64,000 nt of DNA from Thermoproteota archaeon (GCA_024720975.1 JANJXX010000002.1:112763-176762), one strand, 5' to 3'. Positions 9,697 through 20,225 are shown, counted from the first letter of the stretch. The notes: generated from the sequence alone by a model not told the origin. Made by a program: numbers and translations.

Positions 9697-10566
9697 TCAA
9701 TCCAACCACCAATCTTTATTAAGGACTTCATTCAGTGATCTCTTCAGGAGTACATAGAAGCATCTTCTTCTATCCGCCGAGTATATGAGGTCGGCCACAA
9801 TATATCCCTTTGAGAGGTAATTCTTAAACAACTCGCGCGTGCCCATGCGCCAATCGGTTGCAAGCTTGAGACTCCGCTCTTTTATTTCATTGAAATTTAG
9901 TGGTATTTCCACTGCTAATATTTTCTCATGCACGGACGTTTCATAGTCTTTTAGAACCACTAAGTTTGTACCTTCAATCCTCGTTTGGGTAACAACAGTC
10001 ACCTCAAGATCCTCAATATGTGGGGGTCTATTTTCTCCTCTGATTCTGCTTACCACCCTTGGTGAAAGAATATACCACTCGACGAAAAATCTGTCTGTTG
10101 AAACCCCTTGATTTAATCCATCTCGTAATTCGCCGTATAGATTTTCAATGTATTCTCTACTAACTACACCCAGTTTCACAAAGTTAAAGTATGCATTCTT
10201 GGCTTGGAGTGGATCAAAAGTCCATCTAATTAGATCTATTCCCATATTAATGGCATATTCTCGTTGTTTGAGCTTGAGCATAGCGCCTATGCCAGAGTTT
10301 TGGTACTTCCTTTTGACCCCCACCTGATGCGAATGTAGATATAATTTTTTATTATGAATTCCCAGAAAACCAAAGACATAGCCAGCAGGTTCCTCTCCAC
10401 AGTAGGCAAGAAAAACACAGTTGCCTGACATTTGAGCCGCTCTGAGTACGTGGGCAGGCGTTATTGTTATGTCCTCAGCGTTCCAGGCGTCTCTTTGTAT
10501 TTCTTCCATGGCCTTAAATTCATCGGGATTCTCCGGGATAACTATCTTTACCTTTGTTACTTCCAT
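9697..10566 (-). CDS. GNAT-fold acetyltransferase-like protein (conserved archaeal family)
   Basis: HQVGVKRKYQNSGIGAMLKLKQREYA resembles GNAT motif A (acetyl-CoA binding), followed by the conserved WTFDPLQAKNAYFNFVKLG block. Confidence 0.45.
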   Translation of the reverse strand: MEVTKVKIVIPENPDEFKAMEEIQRDAWNAEDITITPAHVLRAAQMSGNCVFLAYCGEEPAGYVFGFLGIHNKKLYLHSHQVGVKRKYQNSGIGAMLKLKQREYAINMGIDLIRWTFDPLQAKNAYFNFVKLGVVSREYIENLYGELRDGLNQGVSTDRFFVEWYILSPRVVSRIRGENRPPHIEDLEVTVVTQTRIEGTNLVVLKDYETSVHEKILAVEIPLNFNEIKERSLKLATDWRMGTRELFKNYLSKGYIVADLIYSADRRRCFYVLLKRSLNEVLNKDWWLD

Positions 10567-11746
10567 TCTCCCTCTCCGTCTGCTCAGTCTCTACTTCTTG
10601 TCCTACAAGTGGACGCAATTCTTCAAACGGAGATATAGGCAACAATTGCAGGAACTCTCTTAGTACTTTAGAATCCACCAAGTAAAGTATGAGTATATCA
10701 TTTTGCTCAAATTTCTCTGGCATGAATATTCTTGCAGCTCTCTTAACAGCAAGGACCTTGATACGATGATCGAAATCGCTCTCAATGTCAGAGGGTCTTC
10801 GTCCCACGTAATCTTTTGGTACAGGAGCTTCAATGGCAGTTGCGTAAGCAAAGCCTAGCCCTAAGCGTCTTACGAGTTCACGACTAGTCAAATCTATGTC
10901 ATCCAATACTACTACATTTTTGATTGATTTGCCTACAAGGTCGAGAAGAGGTGGTTTGTTGCGTGATAGAAGAATTATCGGTACGTCTGGGTTTACTTTT
11001 CGAACATTTACAAGTATATGCTGCGCTAATTGAGGTTCATCAACGAGTATCAATACCTTTAGTGCATTTTTGAACTCAATTTTATTGTATAGGATTTCAT
11101 CTGCTAAAGCTTCCGGTGTATCCAAAGTAAGTAAATCTATATAAGTTTTTACTTCCATCATCCAAGGTTTTTCTTTTTCAGCTATCAGAGCCACAAGGGG
11201 TCCAAAGCCCATATTACATAGCGATTTAACAAAGTTATGCACTAGCTGATTACTGCCAAAGACATATATTACCGTCTTCTTTGATTTAACCCTAACTGAG
11301 AAATGCTCTAACTTAGGTCGCATGAATGCTGACAATATAGCACCTGCAAGTACTCCAATGAAGTATAAAGGATTTATCCTGGAGGAAAATAAAGTCTGAG
11401 TCAGACCACTAAGGGAGAAAGAAATCGGACTTAGTTCTATTAAACTCGATAGCAGCGGAACAATGTAATTATTATAGAAGAAGACCACAACAATTACGAG
11501 TGATGCAACAAAAAGTATAAATATGGCAAGATATAGTACAAGCTTAAGCAAAGCTGCAACTTTAATCAGGTACTTCGCATAATTGTACGTGTGTTTAATA
11601 AGCTTCATAATCATGCTCTTGTAAATTTTATACCTTATCCGATACTTCCGAAATATATCCGTTCGGAAGAAAATCACTAAAAATATGACCAGCAGCAGTA
11701 AAATTATCGGAGGAAGCCAGTAAAGTATATTGATCATACTAGTCAT
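10520..11746 (-). CDS. Membrane protein with a cytoplasmic Rossmann-like (RCK/TrkA-N-like) domain
   Basis: N-terminal half contains several hydrophobic helices. The C-terminal part (VIYVFGSNQLVHNFVKSL...LVALIAEKE...KVLILVDEP) resembles an NAD-binding/RCK fold. The 3' end overlaps the preceding gene by 47 nt. Confidence 0.35.
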   Translation of the reverse strand: MTSMINILYWLPPIILLLLVIFLVIFFRTDIFRKYRIRYKIYKSMIMKLIKHTYNYAKYLIKVAALLKLVLYLAIFILFVASLVIVVVFFYNNYIVPLLSSLIELSPISFSLSGLTQTLFSSRINPLYFIGVLAGAILSAFMRPKLEHFSVRVKSKKTVIYVFGSNQLVHNFVKSLCNMGFGPLVALIAEKEKPWMMEVKTYIDLLTLDTPEALADEILYNKIEFKNALKVLILVDEPQLAQHILVNVRKVNPDVPIILLSRNKPPLLDLVGKSIKNVVVLDDIDLTSRELVRRLGLGFAYATAIEAPVPKDYVGRRPSDIESDFDHRIKVLAVKRAARIFMPEKFEQNDILILYLVDSKVLREFLQLLPISPFEELRPLVGQEVETEQTERENGSNKGKDSYPGESR

Positions 11747-11828
11747 CTTGCAAACGTGCTCTATAACAACTTGCTTAATTCTAGAATCTAAGAATTATTA
11801 CCAATGAGTTTTTTAAGTCAGATACCAC

Positions 11829-13022
11829 CTAAAACTTCCAATATCTTATTTGATACTTTAACAACCTATCCATGTCAACATCCACGCCAATACCAGGCTT
11901 ATTAGGAACACTTATTGTACCATCACTAGAATTCAATTTGTGTGGAGGATCAATTATATCCTCCAGCCAGTACCTATTAGATGCTGATATATCAGAGGGA
12001 TAAGTTATGTTGGGTAACGACGCTATGTGAAGCAAGTGAGCTTTTCCGATGCCCGTTTCTAGCATTCCCCCGATCCATGTGCCGATACTATTCTTAACGC
12101 ATAAGTTATGTATTTTAAATGATTCTATTATTCCTCCAACGCGCGGAGGCTTTATATTTATTATATCACAGCTGCCGAGTGCTATCGCTGCCTCTGCAGA
12201 ATGAACCGACCCAATACTTTCATCTAAGCATATTGGTGTCTTAAGTTGGGGCCTTAGTCTCGCATGATCAACCAAATCATAATAGTGGAGGGGCTGTTCT
12301 ATCATCAAAAGGTTGAATTTATCCAGGTCCAGTAGAGTCTTGAGATTTTTGGATATATCATAGGATGCATTTGCGTCTACCTGAAGCGCCACCTCGGGAA
12401 ATACTTCCCTTACAGCTTTTAAGACCTCTATATCATATCCAGGAGCTATTTTCAGCTTTATCCTACAATACCCTTCCTCTACGTATTTCTGGATCAATTC
12501 GATGAGATATTGTATTTTGTCTATGATGCCTATGGAAACACCCACTGGCACTCTAGTTTTCGCGCCGCCATAAAGTCTATACAGAGGCTCGCCTAGAACT
12601 TTTGCATATAGATCCCAAAATGCATATTCTAATGAGCACTTAGCTATTGGATGTCCTCTAATGATCTCTAATGAGTCTCTAAAGTCTCTTGGCGAGCTGA
12701 ATTGTTTATTCAAAATTCTGGGGATTAGAAATTTCTTGAGAACCAGCAGAGCTGTTTCAGAAGTCTCGTAGGAGAATCCAGGAAAGAGATCAGCAGCTAC
12801 CTCTCCGTAGCCAACAAAATCGTCTGAATGAAGTTCGACTATTAATACGTCCCTCCAGAAGGTTTTTCCGAAGCTGGTCTTAAACTCATCTTTTAATCGC
12901 ACGCGAATATGCCTCAAAATAACTTGATCGATCGTGATAGAGACTTCATTATTCAATTCATGCTCCCGCATATATGATTGATTAAAGAGGAAAGCACTAA
13001 TATTACCATCTCTAAAGGACAA
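11829..13022 (-). CDS. Enolase-superfamily enzyme (mandelate racemase / muconate lactonizing enzyme family, e.g. o-succinylbenzoate synthase or dipeptide epimerase-like)
   Basis: Barrel-domain metal-ligand region (KLKIAPGYDIEVLKAVREVFPEVALQVDANASYD, LLMIEQP) and a ~400-aa length. Confidence 0.7.
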   Translation of the reverse strand: MSFRDGNISAFLFNQSYMREHELNNEVSITIDQVILRHIRVRLKDEFKTSFGKTFWRDVLIVELHSDDFVGYGEVAADLFPGFSYETSETALLVLKKFLIPRILNKQFSSPRDFRDSLEIIRGHPIAKCSLEYAFWDLYAKVLGEPLYRLYGGAKTRVPVGVSIGIIDKIQYLIELIQKYVEEGYCRIKLKIAPGYDIEVLKAVREVFPEVALQVDANASYDISKNLKTLLDLDKFNLLMIEQPLHYYDLVDHARLRPQLKTPICLDESIGSVHSAEAAIALGSCDIINIKPPRVGGIIESFKIHNLCVKNSIGTWIGGMLETGIGKAHLLHIASLPNITYPSDISASNRYWLEDIIDPPHKLNSSDGTISVPNKPGIGVDVDMDRLLKYQIRYWKF

Positions 13023-13112
13023 AATTCACAACTTGCAGATCTAAGATTGAATAGATAATTAAACTCGAGTTAAATTTTAGAATTTCACTCAAGAGTTCTC
13101 AGGTGGTTTAGA

Positions 13113-13772
13113 ATGAGACGTGCTCTGACAGAACTCGAAGCTAAGGCCTTTCTTGAAAAATACGGTATCCCTTTTCCGAAAAGAGATCTTGCTCAAAACG
13201 AGAACGAAGCGATTAAAATATCACAAAAAATAGGGTACCCTGTAGTTTTGAAAGTTGTCTCTCCAGATATCATCCACAAGACTGATGTTGGAGGTGTAAA
13301 GATAGGGATCAATTCCGACGACGAGTTACGAGAAGCCTTCAGAGATATTATGGAAACTGTAAAACGAAAAAAACCTGATGCAAGGATAGATGGAATCTTA
13401 GTAGAGGAGATGATTAAAGGCGGTTACGAAGTTATAATCGGCGGCATTCAGGATCCAACGTTTGGACCCGTTGTCATGTTTGGTGGTTTAGGAGGAATTT
13501 ATGTTGAGTTATTCAAGGATGTAACCTTCAGGCTTGCTCCGATAGATGATGTAGAAGCCGAAGAAATGATTAAAGAGACGAAAGGTTACCAGCTTCTAAA
13601 GGGATTTCGAGGCGGAGAACACGCTAACATTGAACTCCTTAAGAGACTATTAGTAAAGACAAGTCAAATTTTAGTGGAACATCCAGAGATTGTTGAATTA
13701 GATTTAAATCCGATACGAATATTCAAGGACAGAGCCGTCGTTCTAGATGCAAAAATTTTAGTCAAGGGTTAG
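13113..13772 (+). CDS. ATP-grasp protein resembling the beta subunit of ADP-forming acetyl-CoA synthetase
   Basis: EAKAFLEKYGIPFPK...IGYPVVLKVVSPDIIHKTDVGGVKIGI is the canonical ADP-forming acetyl-CoA synthetase beta-subunit / ATP-grasp opening. Length is 219 aa and no alpha-subunit gene is adjacent. Confidence 0.65.
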   Translation: MRRALTELEAKAFLEKYGIPFPKRDLAQNENEAIKISQKIGYPVVLKVVSPDIIHKTDVGGVKIGINSDDELREAFRDIMETVKRKKPDARIDGILVEEMIKGGYEVIIGGIQDPTFGPVVMFGGLGGIYVELFKDVTFRLAPIDDVEAEEMIKETKGYQLLKGFRGGEHANIELLKRLLVKTSQILVEHPEIVELDLNPIRIFKDRAVVLDAKILVKG

Positions 13773-13776
13773 CATC

Positions 13777-13989
13777 TTGATTAAGGAACGACTGTTTGTA
13801 GCACTTCTAACTGTTATTTTTCCGTGGGTTGCGCTTACCTTTGCAGTTCCGATAGCAGCTCTTTGCGTGTTTAAGGCTAGTGGAAACCAATATTTGGGTT
13901 ATTTTGTTGCACTATTGGTATTCGTTGTTTTTCTGATTAGCTGGTATCACTTAAGCATACTATTCCTGAGAAAAAATTTGGAACGATAG
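13777..13989 (+). CDS. Small membrane protein, hypothetical (70 aa)
   Basis: Two hydrophobic helices. The gene starts 4 nt after the preceding stop, so it is probably co-transcribed. Confidence 0.3.
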   Translation: MIKERLFVALLTVIFPWVALTFAVPIAALCVFKASGNQYLGYFVALLVFVVFLISWYHLSILFLRKNLER

Positions 13990-14018
13990 TTCGCATCAAG
14001 CATCTAGAAAATAGCTAG

Positions 14019-14207
14019 CTACGGTGGAAATAGATACCACATCGCGATGACGCCAAAAATCAAGAGAAATGCTGCGATAAAGACAAATCTTGGTCCAACT
14101 TTAGCGCCCTCAGGTGTTTCTTCATAGAATATAAGCAATCCTGCACCTGTTGGTGGTGTAGATAACCTATCACGAGACTTCTTCTTTTTCTCATCTTGCT
14201 TGGGCAT
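14019..14207 (-). CDS. secG: Protein translocase subunit Sec61-beta (SecG, archaeal)
   Basis: LSTPPTGAGLLIFYEE followed by a single C-terminal TM helix matches archaeal Sec-beta. The internal Met (MPKQDEKKKK...) is chosen as start, because the track start adds 20 unlikely residues. Confidence 0.65.
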   Translation of the reverse strand: MPKQDEKKKKSRDRLSTPPTGAGLLIFYEETPEGAKVGPRFVFIAAFLLIFGVIAMWYLFPP

Positions 14208-14272
14208 TTTTGACCTCCTGCTTGAGTAGGTATTATACTTAAGCATTGATTTAATTAAAGGCATCACGAAAA

Positions 14273-15196
14273 TTATGGACTAGAGTCTGTTTTTCCTAAC
14301 TCATTGTAGAAAATTTTTCTGACAATTTTTCTAATTTCTTCATCGCCTCCAAGGGCCTCTCGTATTTCTCGGATCTTATTTCTTAGTGTTATCTCTGTAC
14401 AATAAACAACTTTTGCGAAGTCTTTCTGCGATCGCGTTTCTCCCGTATATTCAGTTGATATGTAAGTGCATGCAGCTGCGACCGACAATGGATCTCTTCC
14501 AGTGAGTAACTGCTTTTCTTCGACAGTTTTTGCGAGCTCTTCCGCTATCCTTACACAATGGAAACTCAACTTGAGTTTTTCAGCTATGTAACGTATATAA
14601 TCACGCGGTCTAACTGGTTGAAGCTTTATTTTTAACGTACTTGTGAATTCCTTAAGCGCTCTTGAGAAGTTTTTCTTTAATACATCTGCTGACTTTAGCA
14701 TATAATCTAATGGAACAGGATGAAGCATTAAACGCGAAGCAACAAAGATTGCTGCTAAAACATAAGCATTTAATTCTTTTGCTTTAAGGTTTCTCTTCTG
14801 ATTGAAATCGAGTAATAGATGAATAGTCTTTCTCTCGACCTCGGGGTGAAGCTTAAATATGGCTGAGAATTTTTTAACAAGGAATTTAGTCTCAAGAACA
14901 CGCCGAGATCTGTAATCCTCTGTTATATTCGAGCCGGAGTATGGTTGATAATCCGCTAGAAGAGGGTGCTGATCCCCAAGAGATTTAATTAACCTGCTTT
15001 CTCTGTATAGGTCATCCACGTTAAAGAATCGCTGCTCTGAATCTGTCGAGATATTATCCTCATCAAACACACGACCACAAAGAGGACATACTAGAACTTC
15101 AGATTCAACCTCGTTTAAGCAAACGGTGATTAAAGGTAACCCACAAACGGGGCAGGAAGTAGTTTTATTAGTTTTATTAGTGGTATCATCATCCAT
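14273..15196 (-). CDS. tfb: Transcription initiation factor IIB (TFB)
   Basis: N-terminal zinc ribbon CPVCG...CPLCG, followed by two cyclin-fold repeat regions. Length is 307 aa. Confidence 0.8.
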   Translation of the reverse strand: MDDDTTNKTNKTTSCPVCGLPLITVCLNEVESEVLVCPLCGRVFDEDNISTDSEQRFFNVDDLYRESRLIKSLGDQHPLLADYQPYSGSNITEDYRSRRVLETKFLVKKFSAIFKLHPEVERKTIHLLLDFNQKRNLKAKELNAYVLAAIFVASRLMLHPVPLDYMLKSADVLKKNFSRALKEFTSTLKIKLQPVRPRDYIRYIAEKLKLSFHCVRIAEELAKTVEEKQLLTGRDPLSVAAACTYISTEYTGETRSQKDFAKVVYCTEITLRNKIREIREALGGDEEIRKIVRKIFYNELGKTDSSP

Positions 15197-15490
15197 ATGA
15201 ATTACCCTTCGTTAAGAACTCAGTCATTTTCAAAAATATGTTATATGCTACCCGCTCTTTTAAAATTTATTATTCATGATGTTAATTATGGAAAGACTTT
15301 GATGTACTTCTCGTTGGTCGTCGTAATTATTACAACCAGAAGATTTTTAATATGAACTTTTGAATGCTATCTAGCAGAAGTATCTTACTTTCCTAGCTTT
15401 GATTTATTACTATAAATATTGTGTCGATTTTTATATTCCTAAATATTGACTGAGAGACTAACTTGAACGCAAAACTGGTGAAAAATAAAA

Positions 15491-15943
15491 ATGCCACTGA
15501 AACCAGAGGAAGTGGAAAAATTTTTAAGTAATACTCCACCGAAATGGTTGGAATTCACCTACAGAGGTTACACAATTAAGGAGCTTTTAACCATGCCATT
15601 GGATGAATTGGCGAAGATCGCTCCAGCTAGGATACGTAGAAAAATACTGAGATTTATTAACGGGAATGGTGGCCTAACAATAATGGAGCGCAGACTATTA
15701 GACAAGATAAAAAAGTACCATGAACGCGGTATAAAGAAACCGATAAAGACACACTGTAGAGATTTTCCAATTCTCCCAGAAATGATTGGCATGCGTTTTC
15801 TAGTCCATAATGGAAAGGAGTTCGTCGAGGTCCACATAACCCCATGGCATTTATTCAACCGACTCGGAGATTTTGCACCGACTACAAAATTCGTCCAGCA
15901 CGGTGGTGTTAAGAAGGCCGGAACTGAAAGAAAGGAAAAGTAA
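15491..15943 (+). CDS. rps19: 30S ribosomal protein S19 (uS19)
   Basis: Conserved uS19 blocks TYRGYTIKELLTMPLDEL, HCRDFPILPEMIGMRFLVHNGKEFVEVHITP and FAPTTKFVQHG. Confidence 0.85.
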   Translation: MPLKPEEVEKFLSNTPPKWLEFTYRGYTIKELLTMPLDELAKIAPARIRRKILRFINGNGGLTIMERRLLDKIKKYHERGIKKPIKTHCRDFPILPEMIGMRFLVHNGKEFVEVHITPWHLFNRLGDFAPTTKFVQHGGVKKAGTERKEK

Positions 15944-15946
15944 TAG

Positions 15947-16510
15947 GTGAATTTTATGCCAAAGAACAGAGAAGGATACACGGTCCTTATCAAAGAGCTA
16001 CCAAGAGAAAGAATAGCTCTCGCTAGAGGGCGAAACCTACCTATAAAATGGAAACACGCCGTTAATATTTGTGATGCAATAACTTCCAAGAGACTACTGA
16101 TTGATGAAGCAATAGAATACCTAAAAAACGTAATTGCCCGAAAAGAATACGTTCCATACTTTACTCACAGGCGACATTATGCACATAGAAAGGGTTCTGA
16201 GAAATGGAAATGGCCCCAGGGAGGATATCCTGAAAAAGCCGCTAGATACATACTAAAAATACTCAACAGCGCAAGGGCTAATGCTGAGCACGCCAGATTG
16301 GATCCATCAAAATGCATCATCTTCGTGATGTCAGCACATAAGGGGCGCGCGATCCGCCGCCGCCCTGACCGCATAGGCCCTGGCCTGTTTCGAGGACAAA
16401 AAGTTAAAAGAGGCTGCAATATAGAGGTCGTTCTGTACCAATTAACAGATGAAGAATATGAGCAACTCATGAGAGCCCGCAAAAAAGAGGAAACGTCAGC
16501 TGGCTCCTAA
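15947..16510 (+). CDS. rpl22: 50S ribosomal protein L22 (uL22)
   Basis: Conserved uL22 blocks (KEYVPYFTHRRHYAHRKG...KWKWPQGGYPEKAARYILKILNSARANAEHARLD). Starts 4 nt after rps19, matching the conserved S19-L22 order. Confidence 0.85.
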   Translation: MNFMPKNREGYTVLIKELPRERIALARGRNLPIKWKHAVNICDAITSKRLLIDEAIEYLKNVIARKEYVPYFTHRRHYAHRKGSEKWKWPQGGYPEKAARYILKILNSARANAEHARLDPSKCIIFVMSAHKGRAIRRRPDRIGPGLFRGQKVKRGCNIEVVLYQLTDEEYEQLMRARKKEETSAGS

Positions 16511-17344
16511 GCACTTAAGTTTAGTTACTTCTTCAGTTATCACCTCAAGTTGCCAATTATCCAAACTCCTGATTCTAATCTGAGGACTTATGCCACGCTT
16601 CTCAATTGCTTGAATGATCCCCTCGGCACAGTTGCGCGGGAAGTGCTCGCGAATAGCACTTCTGAGCGTCCTATTAGGTGTATTAAAAAGTATTGTTACA
16701 ACTCTATTGTAGTCATCAAACGAGACTATATGATTAATCCTTCGCGGCTTCATACGAATGAGTGCTGAATCGACATTCGGAGTAGGAAAGAAATTTCTCC
16801 TCGAGACTCTTGAGAGAATTTCAACTTCAGCAAAGTATTGAATTGTGGCGGAGATCCTACTCCTCTTCTCTCCTGGTCTCGCCGCAAGTTTTTCAGCAAA
16901 TTCGAATTGGACAATAAAAACCGCTAACTCAAAGTCCGGTTTTGTGAAATATGTCTGAGCTAGCCTAAACATAAGTGGAGATACTATGTGGAAAGGTGGG
17001 TTTGAAACTATCTTTGTTACATCCGAGGGAAGATCTATTTCCAGAGCATCGCCAACTATTAGTTCTATTTTCCCCTCTTCGATGAAATTTTTAAGTCGCT
17101 CTCTTAAAACGAGAGCTATATCAGGATCAACTTCAATTGCGTATACTTTCCTAGCTAGAGGTGCCAAGAGCTCTGTTAGGAAACCAAAACCGGCTCCTAT
17201 GTCGAGCACTACATCACAGCTGCGTACATTTGCTGCTTCAATTTCGAGTTCGATAACATGCCTCGCATGAAGAAAATTCTGGGATAACTTTGGATCTAAC
17301 CTTATGTTGTACCTCCTGCAAAGTTTAAGTATGTCGCTGAGCAT
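16496..17344 (-). CDS. rsmA: 16S rRNA (adenine1518/1519-N6)-dimethyltransferase KsgA/Dim1
   Basis: SAM-binding VLDIGAGFGFLT and the catalytic NPPF(H) motif in SNPPFHIVSP. Length is 282 aa. Confidence 0.8.
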   Translation of the reverse strand: MLSDILKLCRRYNIRLDPKLSQNFLHARHVIELEIEAANVRSCDVVLDIGAGFGFLTELLAPLARKVYAIEVDPDIALVLRERLKNFIEEGKIELIVGDALEIDLPSDVTKIVSNPPFHIVSPLMFRLAQTYFTKPDFELAVFIVQFEFAEKLAARPGEKRSRISATIQYFAEVEILSRVSRRNFFPTPNVDSALIRMKPRRINHIVSFDDYNRVVTILFNTPNRTLRSAIREHFPRNCAEGIIQAIEKRGISPQIRIRSLDNWQLEVITEEVTKLKCLGAS

Positions 17345-17363
17345 TCTAGTAACACAACTTGGA

Positions 17364-18296
17364 CTATTTCATATATTTACGCGTTGATTTAACTGCAGCA
17401 ACTAACCTGTCAACAAAATAGTCTATATTTTCATCCAAATAAACTCTAACTACATTAGGTCTAGCTATCGTTATATAACCCATTCTCTCGAGCGATCGTG
17501 AGAGTATAGTTAAATCGTAGCTACGAGAGCTAATATAGCACAACTTTACCTGCCTCCCATCACAACCAAGCAGTAGGATTATAGGCGCATTTAGAGGCGG
17601 TGCATAAAGCAAATACTTGGCGGCGATTTTTTCAACCGCATCTTTAATTGAGAATGATATCATCGCCACTTGTGGCGCGACCACCTGGAGGTTATCCCTG
17701 ATTTTGTTCACTGTGAACTTTACTAAGCCGGCTAAATCCACAGATGTCGCTTTCTGAATCCAATCCCTAACTCTGTCCCATAATCCAGCTTTTACAAGGA
17801 TTGCTAGCTCTTTATGAGCACTTTTTTCAGATAGCAACCAGGCAAGTAAAAGCTTCTCAGAGAATGCATCTGCATGAATATTTCGCGTTGCTATATCATA
17901 GACAGCATCGAGAAAATCATTGGGAATTTCAAGATTGAATGCATCAACAACAAGGTCTGTTAGTGATCCGTAGCTACTATCACACAAAATTAAGTTTGTC
18001 TGAAGTGCAGCACCATAGAATTGCTCGCAGTTAACCACATCAATTATGAAACTCTGGAATACCTGCAAATCTCTACTTATGGGTACTCCCAATATAACGC
18101 TGTACTTAGCCCTTCTAATGATGAGCCTAAATCGTATGGGAGCATCAAAAATTCTACTGAGAAGCCCAGAAGAAAATATCCCATCTAAATGAGGTTGCGT
18201 TATTATATTTCTATACTTCCGATGCATACCATTTGGAGAACTCATACATGACATAGAATTACCTGCAATTCTCATTCTGGAGAAATAAAAGTCCAT
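17364..18296 (-). CDS. Hypothetical protein with degenerate DHH-phosphoesterase-like motifs (possibly a catalytically inactive RecJ/Cdc45-like protein)
   Basis: The N-terminal ITQPHLDGIFSSGLLSRIF resembles DHH motif I (H.D.DG.aSa). The position expected for the DHH triad reads LILCDSSYG instead, so this is a weak, inference-level call. Confidence 0.25.
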   Translation of the reverse strand: MDFYFSRMRIAGNSMSCMSSPNGMHRKYRNIITQPHLDGIFSSGLLSRIFDAPIRFRLIIRRAKYSVILGVPISRDLQVFQSFIIDVVNCEQFYGAALQTNLILCDSSYGSLTDLVVDAFNLEIPNDFLDAVYDIATRNIHADAFSEKLLLAWLLSEKSAHKELAILVKAGLWDRVRDWIQKATSVDLAGLVKFTVNKIRDNLQVVAPQVAMISFSIKDAVEKIAAKYLLYAPPLNAPIILLLGCDGRQVKLCYISSRSYDLTILSRSLERMGYITIARPNVVRVYLDENIDYFVDRLVAAVKSTRKYMK

Positions 18297-19048
18297 TCTG
18301 ACTCTTCAATTTGGTACTTTACCTCATCAATAATCCAGCGTTCTATAGCCTCTCGATCCTCCAGATAAACAAACTTATCGTCAATTGGCGTCTCTATTTT
18401 AAACAAAATCAAACCCTCAGGCGGTGCTGGCGGGATGCCTCCCTTATACTGCTTTCCTCTAAGAATATTCACGTAGGTCTCAAAGCTTACTCTACGCATA
18501 CTAACGCCGAGCAACAGACTGACCACTCGCCGTACTTGCTCCCAGTAAAATCTTCGTCCGGCGACCCTAAAGAAGATCCAATAACTAGAGACGTCAAAGT
18601 CCACGAAAATACGCATCCATGGATTTCTTACCGACTGACTGGGGTGCTTAATCAAGTGATAATAGTTGTGAGTTCTGCCGTTCAAGTAGTGAACGGCTTT
18701 TTCTAAGCGCTCGACATCCACACTGGGAAATAGTGGCGATATGTACAGGTATTCCTTCCTAATAATCTTAAACTCGGGTAAGCTATCGGCGTAGTATGCA
18801 AACAACCTAACATCTGCTGGGAGTTCATTCCTAACGAAATGCAAGAGATCCAAATCTCCCTGTTGTAAAAATATTATTTGATCAACCGCAGAAACCTTTG
18901 CATCTGTCCTGGAAACATACCTTATTGACTTAGAGTAGCCACTCTTTCTGAGTACACTTTGTAGAACTCCCTGCACAGTCGGAACGTCTGGCTGTATTTG
19001 AAAGCCTCTATAATTGAACCCCAGGTACGCGCAACGAATCACTAGCAT
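18272..19048 (-). CDS. truA: tRNA pseudouridine(38-40) synthase TruA
   Basis: YLGFNYRGFQIQP...TVQGVLQSVL...VSRTDAKVSAVDQIIF matches the TruA N-terminal signature, including the catalytic Asp region RTDAgVSA. Confidence 0.75.
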   Translation of the reverse strand: MLVIRCAYLGFNYRGFQIQPDVPTVQGVLQSVLRKSGYSKSIRYVSRTDAKVSAVDQIIFLQQGDLDLLHFVRNELPADVRLFAYYADSLPEFKIIRKEYLYISPLFPSVDVERLEKAVHYLNGRTHNYYHLIKHPSQSVRNPWMRIFVDFDVSSYWIFFRVAGRRFYWEQVRRVVSLLLGVSMRRVSFETYVNILRGKQYKGGIPPAPPEGLILFKIETPIDDKFVYLEDREAIERWIIDEVKYQIEESEWTFISPE

Positions 19049-19057
19049 GTTCTATCC

Positions 19058-19918
19058 CTAACTTATGAGTTCGTAAATCGTTGGTGAATCATCTACATAG
19101 AATGTTTGAATGTCTTTTACTATTGTGACTAATCTCCCTGTCGTAGGATGAATAGAGCCGGGCATTCTTAGAAGTCTGTTCACATCTATTGTTACCTGCC
19201 GATCTACACGTGGTAACCGCTTTCTAACAGTTTTCCATATTTCGGCGACTTTTTTCTTCGCAGTGACATCAACTACATCAATTCTCCCGATTTGATCCAC
19301 CTTACCGAAGATTTTAAGTGCCCTTTTCTGCCAGTATAGAGGACGCCTAAAGTTTTCACCCTGAGGAGAGATCCATTCAACAATGGCTTCTCTTGCTTCT
19401 TCATCTAATTCCATGACTTCAGATGACTCTGAAACCCAACAGTGTAAACCACGTCTACCGCTGAAGACCCAGGTTATTTTTTCGAATCCAAAGTCCTCTC
19501 GTAGGGTCTCATCAATAAATATAGCCGAATCTCTCACAAGCGGCCAGCATTGCCTACACACGTGTTCCTTACCCTTTCCACAAGTACGTATGTCATCATA
19601 CTCTGTTAAGTCTAAATCAAAAATCAGCTCGTGTCCAAGCCACTTGAGCTGTGTAATGGACTGCCCCCTCGGTGGAGGATCATATAGACCACCTACAGAT
19701 ATAGCTTGAGGTATTTCCGACCGAACAAACCTTAGAAAATCGTCTGGTGTTTCAAAAGATCTATTTCTCGTGAAGATTTCTTTGTCATCTTTGATGAATA
19801 CGAAACCAAATTCTCTGTGATGGAATGTGCTTGGATCTATTATCTTAAACAACTGAGCTAGGGAGAACACATGCTTATAGAACTTTTCCAAGATATCAAT
19901 TGGTATCAACCTAACCAC
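19058..19918 (-). CDS. priS: DNA primase small (catalytic) subunit PriS
   Basis: Catalytic FDLDLTEYDD (the DxD of archaeo-eukaryotic primases) followed by a Cys cluster (CGKGKEHVCRQCWP). Confidence 0.8.
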   Translation of the reverse strand: MVRLIPIDILEKFYKHVFSLAQLFKIIDPSTFHHREFGFVFIKDDKEIFTRNRSFETPDDFLRFVRSEIPQAISVGGLYDPPPRGQSITQLKWLGHELIFDLDLTEYDDIRTCGKGKEHVCRQCWPLVRDSAIFIDETLREDFGFEKITWVFSGRRGLHCWVSESSEVMELDEEAREAIVEWISPQGENFRRPLYWQKRALKIFGKVDQIGRIDVVDVTAKKKVAEIWKTVRKRLPRVDRQVTIDVNRLLRMPGSIHPTTGRLVTIVKDIQTFYVDDSPTIYELIS

Positions 19919-20124
19919 TAGACAGCCAAGATGTGCTTTCTCGTCCTAGCTCTTGCTTTGACTAAAATCGTTTTGTTACAATTGGGACATGCAATCCTAT
20001 TGACCAATGCCAGTGCTGACGGCAGTGCCTGGTCACCGGACAGCCCCCAAACTTGACCACAATGTGGGCATACGACCCTTGCTTTGGCCTTTGCAGGTAT
20101 TCCAGGACCCGACCGCTCCTCCAT
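19918..20124 (-). CDS. Small zinc-ribbon protein (68 aa), hypothetical
   Basis: Two Cys pairs, CPHCG and CPNCN, form a Cys4 ribbon. Its stop overlaps the priS start, consistent with translational coupling. Confidence 0.35.
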   Translation of the reverse strand: MEERSGPGIPAKAKARVVCPHCGQVWGLSGDQALPSALALVNRIACPNCNKTILVKARARTRKHILAV

Positions 20125-20225
20125 AATGTCACCTGGCTAGTTCAATTTGATTCTAGCATTTTAATAAAAATCCGATGCTACAGATAATAAAAAGGTTTCC
20201 AAAGATAACATGAATTATTATACTA